Shown: positions 9,389-19,497 of the stretch, piece by piece
Layout of the letters: every line of letters begins with the position of its first letter
Numbering within the stretch: the first letter of the stretch is position 1
Origin: Lentisphaerota bacterium
GTDB taxonomy: Bacteria > Verrucomicrobiota > Kiritimatiellia > JAAZAB01
Direction: 5' to 3'
Length of the DNA: 64,000 nucleotides
Assembly (NCBI GenBank): GCA_016188985.1
Contig: JACPGM010000053.1
Coordinates: 4,290-68,289 of the forward strand
The notes under the pieces: model-generated
The model's input: only the letters and a program-made list of their open reading frames with translations
What the model was told of the DNA's origin: nothing
The model's database searches: none
Made by a program: the position numbers and the translations under genes

Positions 9389-11920
9389 TCATGACTTTAC
9401 CACAATATTGACCAGGCGGTTCGGGACGACCACGAATTTAAGAACCTGCTCGCGCTTGACGGTCTTGGCGATCTGCGGCTGCGCCAAGGCGAGGTCTTCC
9501 AGGGCTTGGCGGTCAGAGCCGGACGGGGCCATCATCGTGCCGCGGAATTTGCCGTTCAGTTGGAGAGCGATTTCTACCTGGTCGCGCGCCAGAGCAGCGG
9601 GGTCGGCGGTTGGCCAGGCGACTTGCAGAATGCCGGGAGCATGTCCCAGCTCTACCCACAACTCTTCGGCGATATGGGGCGCCAGGGGCGAGAGCAGCAG
9701 AACAATCGTCTCCAGGGCGAAGCGCATTACGGCCTTTTCCTGGTCGCGCGCGCCGGCGGCGAGCTGGATGGCTTCCACCGCGTTCAATAGTTCCATGATG
9801 CGGGCCACGGCGGTATTAAAATGGAAGGCGCCTTCCAGGTCGCCGGTAACCGCTTGAATAGTTTCATGGGCCTTACGGTAAAGCTCACGCTCGCGGGCGT
9901 TCAGGGTAGCCAATTCCGGCCGGACCGGTTTGGCCGCCGCTAAGACGGCGTGGTGCGCGTAGATGAAACGCCAGAGGCGCTTGAGAAACCGGGCAGCGCC
10001 CTCAATGCCCTGGTCGCTCCATTCGGCGTCCTTTTCCGGCGGCCCGATAAAAAGCGTGTAGAGCCGCACGGTGTCGGCGCCGTATTTACGGATCAGTTCA
10101 TCCGGGCTGACCACGTTGCCTTTGGACTTGGACATCTTATAGAGCTGGCCGTCCTTGGCGCTGCGCTTGCAGATCATGCCTTGGGTGAAAAGGTTGGCGA
10201 AAGGCTCGTCAAAGCCCACCAGGCCCAGGTCATAGAGCGCCTTCGTGAAAAAGCGCGCATACATGAGGTGCAGGATGGCGTGTTCGATGCCGCCGATATA
10301 CTGGTCCACCGGCAGCCACCGATTGCAAAGCTCGGTCTGGATGGCCTGGCGCTCGTCGCACGCGGAAAGGTAGCGCAGGAAATACCAGCTTGAATCCACG
10401 AAGGTGTCCATGGTGTCGCTTTCGCGCCGCGCGCTCCGGCCGCAGGTTGGGCAGGAAGTGTTGATAAAGTCCGGGCAGCGCGCCAGCGGGGATTCACCCG
10501 TTGGTTTGAATTCGACATCCTCCGGCAGCAGCACGGGCAAATCCTTTTCCTTGACCGGCACGATGCCGCAGGCCTGACAGTAGACGATCGGGATTGGCGC
10601 GCCCCAATAACGCTGGCGGCTGATCAGCCAGTCGCGCAGGCGGTAAGCCACAAAGGCGCGTCCGAATCTTTTTTCCACGGCGTAGGCCGTCATCCGCGCG
10701 CGGGCCTCAGCGCTGGGCAAATCGGTGAACGCTCCGGAATCCACGGTGAGGCCGTCTTCGACGTAGGCCTGCGCCATGGTTTCCAAGCGCAGCGTCTTTT
10801 CCGGGTTTTGAATGGAGAGTCGGATGGGCAGGCCGTATTTGCGGGCGAAGGCCCAGTCGCGGGTGTCATGGGCTGGCACCGCCATGACCGCGCCGGCGCC
10901 ATAGCTCATCACCACATAATCGCCGACCCACAGGGGAATTTTTTCGCCGGTATAGGGATTGATCACCAACCGCCCGGTGAATACGCCGTTTTTCTCACCG
11001 GCATCGCCGGCGCGTTCGGCGGCGGTAATTTTGATGGCCTGGGCAATGAACTGCCGGACCGGCGTTTCCTGCGGCAGGCCGCGCACCAGTTCCGGCAAGT
11101 CCGGATACTCCGGCGCCAGAACCATGTAAGTACAGCCGTAAATTGTGTCCACGCGTGTGGTGAAACAGCCCACGCTTTTTGCGCTATCGCACCGGCCATC
11201 AGGGCGGGGTACCAGGGGGAATTCGAGCAACGCGCCTTCGCTGCGACCGATCCAGTTCTGCTGCATGAGCTTGACCCGCTCCGGCCAGCCCTTCAGCTTG
11301 GCCAGGTCGTCCAGCAGCCGCTGGGCATACGCGGTGATCTTGAAAAACCACTGCTCCAGGCGCTTTTCCTGGACAGGCGACTCGCAGCGCCAGCACCCTC
11401 CATCAATTACCTGTTCATTGGCCAGCACCGCCGCGCAGCCCGGGCACCAGTTAACCGGCGCCAAGGCCTTGTAAGCCAGGCCGCGCTTGAAAAACTGCAG
11501 AAACAGCCATTGGGTCCAGCGATAATAGTCCGGCAGGCAGGCGGTCACCTCGCAGTCCCAATCATAGCAACAGCCCCAGGCGTCCAATTGCCGCTTCATG
11601 GTGGCGATATTGGCCAAGGTGGTGAGGCGCGGGTGGGTGCCGGTCTGGATGGCCGCGTTTTCGGCGGGCAGACCGAAAGCATCCCAGCCCATGGGCGTCA
11701 GCACGTTGTAGCCGCGCATCTTTTTGTAACGGGCCACGGCGTCGCCGATGATGTAATTGCGCCCGTGGCCGACGTGCAGGGCCGCCGAAGGATAGGGGAA
11801 CATCATCAGGCAGTAAAATTTCCGGTCGGTTTTGCTCAAGTCCGCCTTGAACTGGCCCTGAGCGCGCCAATAGGCCTGCCACTTGCTCTCAATTTCAGCA
11901 AATGGATATTGCTCTTGCAT
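9389..11920 (-). CDS. leuS: Leucyl-tRNA synthetase
   Basis: 843 aa; class I HIGH-type region ([15 protein letters not shown]), KMSKS, CP1 editing domain; N-terminus [18 protein letters not shown] is typical of LeuS. Confidence 0.95.
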   Translation of the reverse strand: MQEQYPFAEIESKWQAYWRAQGQFKADLSKTDRKFYCLMMFPYPSAALHVGHGRNYIIGDAVARYKKMRGYNVLTPMGWDAFGLPAENAAIQTGTHPRLTTLANIATMKRQLDAWGCCYDWDCEVTACLPDYYRWTQWLFLQFFKRGLAYKALAPVNWCPGCAAVLANEQVIDGGCWRCESPVQEKRLEQWFFKITAYAQRLLDDLAKLKGWPERVKLMQQNWIGRSEGALLEFPLVPRPDGRCDSAKSVGCFTTRVDTIYGCTYMVLAPEYPDLPELVRGLPQETPVRQFIAQAIKITAAERAGDAGEKNGVFTGRLVINPYTGEKIPLWVGDYVVMSYGAGAVMAVPAHDTRDWAFARKYGLPIRLSIQNPEKTLRLETMAQAYVEDGLTVDSGAFTDLPSAEARARMTAYAVEKRFGRAFVAYRLRDWLISRQRYWGAPIPIVYCQACGIVPVKEKDLPVLLPEDVEFKPTGESPLARCPDFINTSCPTCGRSARRESDTMDTFVDSSWYFLRYLSACDERQAIQTELCNRWLPVDQYIGGIEHAILHLMYARFFTKALYDLGLVGFDEPFANLFTQGMICKRSAKDGQLYKMSKSKGNVVSPDELIRKYGADTVRLYTLFIGPPEKDAEWSDQGIEGAARFLKRLWRFIYAHHAVLAAAKPVRPELATLNARERELYRKAHETIQAVTGDLEGAFHFNTAVARIMELLNAVEAIQLAAGARDQEKAVMRFALETIVLLLSPLAPHIAEELWVELGHAPGILQVAWPTADPAALARDQVEIALQLNGKFRGTMMAPSGSDRQALEDLALAQPQIAKTVKREQVLKFVVVPNRLVNIVVKS

Positions 11921-12070
11921 AATTGGCCTGATAGTTAGCTCTGCTCCTTAGCCGGAGAGAATGGACGCTACTATAATTAAAGCGGCGGCGAAACGCATTA
12001 ATAAAATGACAGGGCAGGAATGATCTGGTAAGAAGAGCGATAGTAACTGCTCAGACATCTAAGCAAAACC

Positions 12071-12217
12071 GGCGGGACAAGGCTGTCCCGCCCTACCAAT
12101 GGGAAGATGTCCCGCCATAGGCGGGTCTGCCTATGGAATGAAAATCTGGCTTGCCGTCGTCCGGCAACAGCCGGACTATGGCTGAGCACGGTAGGGCCGC
12201 ACAGCCTGTGCGGCCGT
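12071..12217. repeat. Intergenic repeat family B copy 1 (upstream of leuS)
   Basis: gggacaaggctgtcccgccctaccaatgggaagatgtcccgccataggcgggtctgcctatgg ... ggccgcacagcctgtgcggcc; reverse-complement copy at 38131..38235. Confidence 0.8.
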
Positions 12218-12260
12218 TGGGACAGTTGAACGAGTAATAAATGTCTCGGTGAGGTAGAGC

Positions 12261-13478
12261 ATGCGTATTCAATCCTTTAAGGCTTGGCGGCCGGTTGCTG
12301 CTGCCGCCGCCGAGGTAGCCAGCGTGCCCTATGATGTGGTGGACCGGGCCGAGGCTCTCAGGGAGGTCCAAGCCAAACCGCTCAGTTTTCTGCATGTCAC
12401 CCGCGCGGAAATAGACCTGAGCGAAGCTACCCAGCCCTATGCCGAGGCGGTCTACGCCAAAGCCCGCGCCAATTTTGAAGCATTGCGCAAACAGGGCGTG
12501 CTCGTTCGGGAAGATGAGCCGGCGTTTTTTGTCTATCGTCAGGAGTGGCAAGGCCACGTCCAGCGCGGGGTGGCTGCCTGTTGTCACATTGACGATTACA
12601 CTGGTGGCCGGATCAAGCAGCATGAAAGAACGCGGCCTGACAAGGAAGCTGACCGTTTGCGGCACATTCTGGCGCTTCGTGCGCATACTGGCCTGGTGTT
12701 CCTGGCTTATCGCGATGAGTCGGCGGTAGACGCTCTCGTTCGAACTACCGAAGAACTCGCGCCGCTTTATGATTTCACGGCCGGGGATGGCGTGCGGCAT
12801 ATTGTCTGGCGGGTAGGGGCTATGCGGGAATTAACCGAAGCGTTCAAGGGCGTGCCGTGTCTTTATATTGCCGATGGGCATCATCGCGCGGCGGCTGCCG
12901 CCCGCGTGGCCGAGCAGTTGCGCGCCCAAGAGCAAAAACCCGCGGGTTCGGAAGAATACAACTGGTTCCCGGCGGTCATGTTTCCGGCCAGTCAGCTCAA
13001 GATCCTTAGCTATAACCGCTGTATCCGCGATTTGAACGGCTTGACCGAAGCCGCTTTTCTGGAAACGGTTGGCCGGCGGTTCAAGCTGACCGCCAATGCT
13101 GACCCCACACCGCCGGGGACGGCGCAGATTGCCATGTTTCTGGGTGGGCGTTGGTTTGGACTGAGCTGGTTGCCGGAGCGCAACGCCGAAGCGCTTGCGG
13201 CTTTGGACGTCAGCGTCCTGCAAGACCGGCTGTTGTGTCCCGTCCTGGGAATTACCGACCCGCGCACGGATAAACGCATTGAGTTTATCGGCGGCATTCG
13301 CGGCGTGACGGAGTTAGAAGCGCGGGTTCAGACCGGGCGCTCGGCCGTGGCTTTTTCATTGGCGCCGGTGACCATCGCCCAACTGATGACCGTTGCCGAC
13401 CAAGGTAAATGTCTCCCGCCCAAGAGCACCTGGTTTGAGCCCAAACTGCGCGACGGCCTCCTCGTGCATACCTTTTAG
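12261..13478 (+). CDS. DUF1015 family protein
   Basis: 405 aa with the conserved LYIADGHHR motif of DUF1015. Confidence 0.75.
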   Translation: MRIQSFKAWRPVAAAAAEVASVPYDVVDRAEALREVQAKPLSFLHVTRAEIDLSEATQPYAEAVYAKARANFEALRKQGVLVREDEPAFFVYRQEWQGHVQRGVAACCHIDDYTGGRIKQHERTRPDKEADRLRHILALRAHTGLVFLAYRDESAVDALVRTTEELAPLYDFTAGDGVRHIVWRVGAMRELTEAFKGVPCLYIADGHHRAAAAARVAEQLRAQEQKPAGSEEYNWFPAVMFPASQLKILSYNRCIRDLNGLTEAAFLETVGRRFKLTANADPTPPGTAQIAMFLGGRWFGLSWLPERNAEALAALDVSVLQDRLLCPVLGITDPRTDKRIEFIGGIRGVTELEARVQTGRSAVAFSLAPVTIAQLMTVADQGKCLPPKSTWFEPKLRDGLLVHTF

Positions 13479-13486
13479 GGTAAGAT

Positions 13487-14551
13487 ATGACATCGAAAGA
13501 GCGTGTCCGCATAACGCTCGCGCGCAACGCCGCCGACCGGGTTCCGGTGAATTACGAGGCAAACCCGGGCATTGATCGGCGTCTTAAAGAGCATTTCGGG
13601 CTGACCGCCGACGATGACGAGGGATTGCGTCGAGCGCTTGGCGTGGATTTCCGCAGTGTCGAGGCTGTGTACCGGGGACCAAGGCTGCACCAGGACATTC
13701 CCGAACGGGGCATCAAGGTGGACAATATGGGTATTCACTGCCGCTGGATCGAGCACGAGAGCGGCGGATACTGGGACTACTGCGATTTTCCGCTGAAGGA
13801 TGCCGACGAAGAGACCGTTGCCAACTGGAGCATGCCCGATGCGGATCAATATGACTTTTCGGAAGTTCGCCGCCACTGTCAACATTACCGCGAGTATGCG
13901 GTCAGCCTGCTGTGCTATGGGGATTTGATCAATGGCAACGGCATGCTGCGCGGCATGGAGCAGACCCTGATAGATCTAATTACCGATAACCCGGCCGGGC
14001 TGCTGCTGGCCGACCGCCGCTTCGGTTTCCAGATGGAAATCGCGCGGCGGACGCTCGAAGCCGCCCGGGGAGGCATTGATATTCTATGGCTCGGAGAGGA
14101 CCTGGGCTTACAGGATCGCCCCATGATTTCCATGGACATCTTCAAGAAACATGTTCGCCCGCGCTATCAGAAGCTGGTTGATCTCGGGAAAGCTTTCGGC
14201 GCTCGGGTCATGATCCACACCTGCGGCTCTTCAAGTTGGGCATACGAGGACTTTATTGAAATGGGTATTGACGCCGTGGACACTCTCCAACCGGAAGCCA
14301 AAGACATGGCGCCGGCCTACCTGAAAAACACTTTCGGCGGTCGGCTTGCCTTTCACGGGTGCATCAGCACGGCCGGAGCGGTTGCGTTCGGCACGCCCCA
14401 GGACGTGGCGGCGTATTGCCGGCAAACACTGGCGATCATGATGCCCGGGGGTGGCTATTGCTTCGCGCCGACCCACGCTTTGCAGGACAATTCGCCCACC
14501 GAGAACGTCGTGGTAATGTACGAGACCGCGCGGAAGCATGGAATCTATTAA
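13487..14551 (+). CDS. Uroporphyrinogen decarboxylase (URO-D)-like family protein (MtaA/CmuA-like), paralog 1
   Basis: 354 aa URO-D-fold (not canonical HemE N-terminus); 9 nt downstream of the DUF1015 gene. Confidence 0.7.
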   Translation: MTSKERVRITLARNAADRVPVNYEANPGIDRRLKEHFGLTADDDEGLRRALGVDFRSVEAVYRGPRLHQDIPERGIKVDNMGIHCRWIEHESGGYWDYCDFPLKDADEETVANWSMPDADQYDFSEVRRHCQHYREYAVSLLCYGDLINGNGMLRGMEQTLIDLITDNPAGLLLADRRFGFQMEIARRTLEAARGGIDILWLGEDLGLQDRPMISMDIFKKHVRPRYQKLVDLGKAFGARVMIHTCGSSSWAYEDFIEMGIDAVDTLQPEAKDMAPAYLKNTFGGRLAFHGCISTAGAVAFGTPQDVAAYCRQTLAIMMPGGGYCFAPTHALQDNSPTENVVVMYETARKHGIY

Positions 14552-14763
14552 GGCGGGCTTGTGCCCGCAACCCAAGTTGTTAATGCTTCCTTCCAATTGT
14601 GCGGTGAATTTGGTTCGAAAAAGGCGGCGGCGATCTTAGGCCGCCTGCAGGTTTTCCGCGCTTGCGCATACAAGAGTATAGCGCTGCGCGCGGCGCACCC
14701 GCATTCGGCCCGAGCTGGCCTTGCTTTTTCGAATCCGCCTTCGGCGGAAACCAAATTCACCCC
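14552..14763. repeat. Intergenic repeat family C copy 1 (hairpin gcgggcttgtgcccgc + ~170 bp TIR element gaatttggtt...aaccaaattc)
   Basis: ~70% identical to the reverse complement of 26900..27140, including the aaggcggcggcgatcttaggccgcctgc block and the flanking gcgggc-ttgt-gcccgc hairpin. Confidence 0.7.
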
Positions 14764-15077
14764 ACGACTGCATCCGCCCGGCAAGCCGGGGGCTTGCCTG
14801 GCGGAAATAAAACTAGTTTTCGGCTAAAACATACACCAAAAACGTGTATCTTTACGGGAAAGCGTCTAAATAAATTTTTCGCCGGGCGAAAAATTTATGA
14901 TGCGCCTGCGGCGCACAGATGACTTTATGTTTTGGAATATTCTGCTATGTAGCTGCGCCCATGAGGGCGTGGATTTACCTGGCAGCCACGGCGTCACCGC
15001 CGCGGCTTGTTGTTAATTTTTCCGTAAGCCGCTAACCCGCGAAGGAAACCCAGGCTGGGCAACGTTAAGACTAAAAA

Positions 15078-16136
15078 ATGAACTCAAGAGAACGAATGCT
15101 GGCCGCGATCAACCGGCAACCGCTCGATCGCATTCCCACGGATATATGGGCAACCGCGGAGGTCTGGGCCAAACTGCGTAATTACTTCGGTGAGAAGACC
15201 GACATAACGACAGAACTCCACATTGACGGGTTTGCCGCGGTCGGACCGGAATACGTTGGCCCGGCGCTGCCGCCGGTGTTCAAGGATGAGTCGGTAGATT
15301 TCTGGGGCATCCGCAGAAAGCGCGTGCCCCACGAAGGCGGCGCCTATGATGAGCAATTCTTCTATCCACTGGCCAACGCGCAGACCATTGACGATCTGAA
15401 CGATTACGCCTGGCCGAGCACGGAATGGTTTGACTATTCGCTCATGCGGGCCAAAGCCGAGGAAGCTGGAAGAACCAGGGCCGTGCAGTGCGGCTATATG
15501 GCCCCATTCTATTTTCATAACCAGTTGCGAGGCTTAGAGCAATCGCTGGTTGATCCCCTGGTCAAGCCAGAATTTACGCATTTTCTTATCGGGCGGATTG
15601 CGGACTTCTTTTTTAAACATCATCGGCGGATGTTCGAGGCCTGCCAGGGGTTCATTGATGTGGCGCAAGTGACTGACGACCTCGGCAGCCAAACGGGTCC
15701 CCTTATCAGCCTGGACTTGTACCGGGAATTCTATGCCCCTCACCACAAACGCTTTATTGATCTGTGCTACGAGTTCGGGATCAAGGTCTTCCATCATGAT
15801 GATGGCAGTTGCCGCGCGTTCCTGCCTAAGTTGGTCGAGATGGGGATCAATATCCTCAATCCCGTTCAGTGGACTTGTCCGGGAATGGACATGGCCGAAC
15901 TGAAAGCGGAGTTCGGGAAGCGGATCTGCTTCCACGGCGCTGTGGAGAACCAGCGCATACTGCCTTTTGGAACTCCCGCAGAAGTTCGCGCCGAAGTGCG
16001 CCACTGCATTGATGCGCTGGCCAGCGATGGCACGGGATACATCCTGGCCCCCTGCCACAACCTGCAGGTCAACACGCCGGTCGCTAACATCATCGCCATG
16101 TACGACGAAGCCTGGCAGTACGGGAAAATGTCCTGA
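15078..16136 (+). CDS. Uroporphyrinogen decarboxylase (URO-D)-like family protein, paralog 2
   Basis: 352 aa, collinear similarity to 13487..14551 (shared MxSxERhxxxxNxxxxDRhP N-terminus, FHGxxxxxxhxxFGTP, hhhMYExA C-terminus). Confidence 0.7.
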   Translation: MNSRERMLAAINRQPLDRIPTDIWATAEVWAKLRNYFGEKTDITTELHIDGFAAVGPEYVGPALPPVFKDESVDFWGIRRKRVPHEGGAYDEQFFYPLANAQTIDDLNDYAWPSTEWFDYSLMRAKAEEAGRTRAVQCGYMAPFYFHNQLRGLEQSLVDPLVKPEFTHFLIGRIADFFFKHHRRMFEACQGFIDVAQVTDDLGSQTGPLISLDLYREFYAPHHKRFIDLCYEFGIKVFHHDDGSCRAFLPKLVEMGINILNPVQWTCPGMDMAELKAEFGKRICFHGAVENQRILPFGTPAEVRAEVRHCIDALASDGTGYILAPCHNLQVNTPVANIIAMYDEAWQYGKMS

Positions 16137-16228
16137 TCAGGTCGTTTCTTTTCAAGCGCGCCGCAGTTGCCCGACGGGCTTAATATCGGGTAGCGCGCCG
16201 TGTAGGTCGTTCACCGCCCGGAGGCAGG

Positions 16229-16654
16229 TTATTTGCCGAGCGCCTGTTCAAGGTCCATGGCGTGCTCCTGTTCCACCGCCAGAATGGTCCGCAGTTGCTG
16301 GGCCAGATGATACAGGTTCAGTGCCTCGGCTTGTTTTATCCTGACAATGTAACGGGCAATGGCGTCGTTCTCGCCGGCCAGGTCCTGCTTCAGCATTGCC
16401 AGGTTGTCCGCCGAAATTTTCGGAAGGGGCATATTCACGGTGGGAAAGCCGCCGAGATAATCAATCTGGCTGGCCAGGATGGTGGCATGGGCCAGTTCCT
16501 CCTGGGCATGGATAATGAGCTCCTTCTGGATGCTCTGGAACATGGCGCCTTTCAAGACGCCCTGGTGCTGCGTGTATTGCACGCAGGCGGTGTATTCCAG
16601 GCCCAAGTCCTTGTTGAGCAATTCCAGCAATTGTTTTTTCGTTGCCTTCGGCAT
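16229..16654 (-). CDS. Ferritin-like domain protein
   Basis: 141 aa helical protein with ExxH-type pairs (AQEELAHAT ... EQEHAMDLE) typical of the ferritin-like diiron fold. Confidence 0.55.
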   Translation of the reverse strand: MPKATKKQLLELLNKDLGLEYTACVQYTQHQGVLKGAMFQSIQKELIIHAQEELAHATILASQIDYLGGFPTVNMPLPKISADNLAMLKQDLAGENDAIARYIVRIKQAEALNLYHLAQQLRTILAVEQEHAMDLEQALGK

Positions 16655-16784
16655 GATTGCTTCCTCCTATTTTGAAAATTTTACACCTGCATTCAATCAG
16701 TTGTATTCTATTAATCTGGCAAAGTAAGGGAAGCTTTTTTTCTGCCGGGGTTGGGTTTGCGGCACCCGCCGGCAGCTCATCAAA

Positions 16785-17267
16785 TCACGGCAGTGCCGGG
16801 GGCTTGATCGCGCCTTGCAACTCGGTGGTACAATGGGGACAGCGCACCGCCTTTAGGGGAATCGTTGAACAGCAGAACGGGCAAGCCTTGGTTGCGGGTG
16901 TAACCGGCGCTGGGGCCGCGGCGGGGGCTGCGGAAAGCCGTTGTTTCAGCCGTTGAATGAATTGGATCATCATGAAAATTACAAAGGCCTGAATGAGGAA
17001 ATCAATGATGGTGTTAATGAACAGGCCGAACTTAATCGTGGTGGCGCCGGCGGCTTTGGCCGTCTCCAGCGCCGCAAAGCGCCGCGTATTGAGATTAAAG
17101 CAAATGTCGGCAAAATTGATCTTGCTGACCAGCAAGCCCAGGGGGGGCATGAGGACATCGTTCACCAGGGAGCTGACAATTCGGCCGAAGGCGCTGCCGA
17201 TAATCACGCCGACGGCCATGTCAATGACATTGCCGCGCAGGGCGAATTCCTTGAACTCTTTCAGCAT
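16785..17267 (-). CDS. mscL: Large-conductance mechanosensitive channel MscL with C-terminal CxxCC..CxxC zinc-ribbon tail
   Basis: MLKEFKEFALRGNVIDMAVGVIIGSAFG..PPLG matches the MscL N-terminus/TM1; the C-terminus ends CPFCCSTIPLKAVRCPHCTTEL instead of the usual helical bundle. Start taken at MLKEF (ORF-track start 17303 likely too early). Confidence 0.85.
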   Translation of the reverse strand: MLKEFKEFALRGNVIDMAVGVIIGSAFGRIVSSLVNDVLMPPLGLLVSKINFADICFNLNTRRFAALETAKAAGATTIKFGLFINTIIDFLIQAFVIFMMIQFIQRLKQRLSAAPAAAPAPVTPATKACPFCCSTIPLKAVRCPHCTTELQGAIKPPALP

Positions 17268-18406
17268 GGGCTCGGGTAAATCCGCGGGTTTTGCCGCCGG
17301 CATTCGTCAATAACCGCTATCTGCCGGCGAACCTGCTCCGGGGTGATGGCTAGGGGCGCGCCGCGCGTGAGCGTCCGGTAAAGCATCGAATAAAACGCGG
17401 CCGTCAGGTTACTGACGGGCGCGGCAGGAGTATAGCCGGTGGCCTTTGATTTTGCGCCCGCCTTCGCTGCTGGAGCGGCGGGCTTGCCCGCCATAGCTCC
17501 CTGAGCGACGGCGGGCCAGAAACCGGTATGCCAGACAAGCGCCTCGTGCGGATAGGCCGGAGTGCCATCGGGATTAAAGAGCGGCTCTTTGGTTAGTTTG
17601 TGTCGGGGAGCCTCGCTGCGTTTGTAATATTTCCATTCCATATTTGCCTGGGTAGCCTTCAGGCCGCCGCGTGTGCCGTAGATATTGTAATTAAAGCACG
17701 GGTAAGCGCAGCAACAGGAAACTTCCAGGTCAATAGTGGGGTGGCCTGCTCCGCTCAGGATTACCTTGACATGGTCTTCGGCATTGCCAAACGAGTTGTC
17801 GGTATGGTCCATGAAGCAGGCGACTTTGGGCTGACCCTCGCCGAACAGTTGCAGGGCCTGGTCCAGCGGATGCGGGCCGGTATTGGCCAGGCTGCCGCCA
17901 TTGCGGCTCTGCAGGGTCTGCCAGTCCCAGCGCCGGCTGAACCCGTTGAAGGCGATTGAAATCTGAACGATACGGCCCAGTACGCCTGACCGAATTACTT
18001 GTTGCAGTTGAACGAAGTAAGGGGCAAACCGCGACTGCTGGAAAATGGCCAACACCTTTTTGGATTTCCTGGCGGTGACAATTAACCGGTCAACTTCCTT
18101 GACGGTCGCGGCCAGCGGTTTTTCGCAAAGGACGTTATATCCGGCTTTCAGAAACGCCAGGCTGATTGGCGCGTGCAATTGGCTGTAGGTGGCGTTGACA
18201 ACGAGGTCGAGGTCGCGCCGCTTGAAAAGCTGATGATAATCGCGGTACACGTCGCAATGGTATTCCTGGGCGGCTCGTCGCTGGCGGTCTTCCAGGGGAT
18301 CCACGGCGGCCGTGATTTGGAAGCGCGGATCGGTTATTAGGTAGGCGCCGTGAATGTCGCGGCCGCTGCGGCCTTGCCCGATAATTGCCACCCGGATTTT
18401 TTTCAT
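17261..18406 (-). CDS. Gfo/Idh/MocA family oxidoreductase
   Basis: N-terminal Rossmann IRVAIIGQGRSG..., 381 aa, family-typical EKP motif. Confidence 0.8.
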   Translation of the reverse strand: MKKIRVAIIGQGRSGRDIHGAYLITDPRFQITAAVDPLEDRQRRAAQEYHCDVYRDYHQLFKRRDLDLVVNATYSQLHAPISLAFLKAGYNVLCEKPLAATVKEVDRLIVTARKSKKVLAIFQQSRFAPYFVQLQQVIRSGVLGRIVQISIAFNGFSRRWDWQTLQSRNGGSLANTGPHPLDQALQLFGEGQPKVACFMDHTDNSFGNAEDHVKVILSGAGHPTIDLEVSCCCAYPCFNYNIYGTRGGLKATQANMEWKYYKRSEAPRHKLTKEPLFNPDGTPAYPHEALVWHTGFWPAVAQGAMAGKPAAPAAKAGAKSKATGYTPAAPVSNLTAAFYSMLYRTLTRGAPLAITPEQVRRQIAVIDECRRQNPRIYPSPC

Positions 18407-18857
18407 TTGCGCTGATGTCCCCCAACCTGCGTTATTAGCTCTGGATCATTTGCGTCAGGCGCTGAGTAATGAAGCATGAAGCGCCGCCGGCTGCAAGTGG
18501 AAAAAACCGCTGCGGGGGGGTAATTGGCTACGGCTGTGTCGCTCTACCACATGAACGCCGCGTGGCCTGTCCGCAATGCTACGCATAGCGTTGCAGACGA
18601 GCTGCCCCGGCGAGCATGACGCAGCCTTGGACAATCCCGATCCCCGCCGGTCTCCCCCCTTGCCATTTAGCCGCCGACAATCTATATTAAGTTTGGGCCT
18701 AAACGCTTTTTGCCAGGCCCTCCTGAGGCCGGCGCTGAATAGGGCCTTTGTTATCCTCGGTCTGGCCGGTGGATTGAGTACCAAATTGGCACGCAAACTG
18801 CTTTATGTAATACAGGATAGCGATTTTGGCTTGCCTACGTAAGGGAGAGGAGCGATT

Positions 18858-19493
18858 ATGAGTCCGATGCAAAGCATAAAAACGGGAAAGTTGAGCGCGG
18901 CAGCGTTCTCCCTCGTGGAAGTGATGGTAGCCACGGCGATATTCGGCCTGGTGACGGCCGGCACCTTCGGCGTCTATATCATGTGCCAGAAGCTGTGGCG
19001 CGCCACGACGCTGAGCACGGATACGTCGCGGCTGGCCAACCTGGCAATCGAACGCATGATCTACGGACTGGGCACCAATAGCGGCCTGCGCTCCGCCGCC
19101 ACCATTTCAATTGACACCAATGTGCACACATATATGACTTATTCAAATTATTGGGATTCGCCGAATGGCTCACCGCCGCCGGCCAACCACTGGTCTCTTA
19201 ATTTATCTCCGACCTGGACTGAGCGCGATGGCAGTTGGCGGATAATTTGTTCTAATGCTTTCGATGGGGTGACCTGGATTGATTATGTAAAGAAACAACG
19301 AAGTATCGTAATGTGGCCAACTATCTGGCAGCCAGACAGCCGGCAGTATATCGCCAATTGGGTTTTGGACGCGGAGGTGTCCACCAACTGGCAAGGGAGC
19401 GACATTGCTGTGATGGTGGTAGTGTGGAAAAAGGATGGAAACTTTGTAGTCAGCAACGAGGCCAGCGCCTTAATCAAAATGCGGAACAAATGA
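18858..19493 (+). CDS. Prepilin-type N-terminal cleavage/methylation domain protein (pseudopilin)
   Basis: N-terminus AAAFSLVEVMVATAIFGLV matches the G-F(T/S)L(I/V)E prepilin motif plus hydrophobic helix. Confidence 0.75.
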   Translation: MSPMQSIKTGKLSAAAFSLVEVMVATAIFGLVTAGTFGVYIMCQKLWRATTLSTDTSRLANLAIERMIYGLGTNSGLRSAATISIDTNVHTYMTYSNYWDSPNGSPPPANHWSLNLSPTWTERDGSWRIICSNAFDGVTWIDYVKKQRSIVMWPTIWQPDSRQYIANWVLDAEVSTNWQGSDIAVMVVVWKKDGNFVVSNEASALIKMRNK

Positions 19494-19497
19494 AAGC

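Noticed and set aside
10808-11938. 376-aa plus-strand ORF
   Set aside because: Entirely antisense to leuS, which is unambiguous; shadow ORF.
12093-12800. 235-aa minus-strand ORF
   Set aside because: Overlaps the DUF1015 gene (which has a clear family motif) and the family B repeat; low-complexity product.
14561-14827. Small ORFs (14548..14784 minus, 14561..14827 plus, 26688..27098 minus) sharing the peptide AAAILGRL.VF
   Set aside because: The shared peptide arises because they read through copies of repeat family C. No start or RBS context; artefacts of the repeat.
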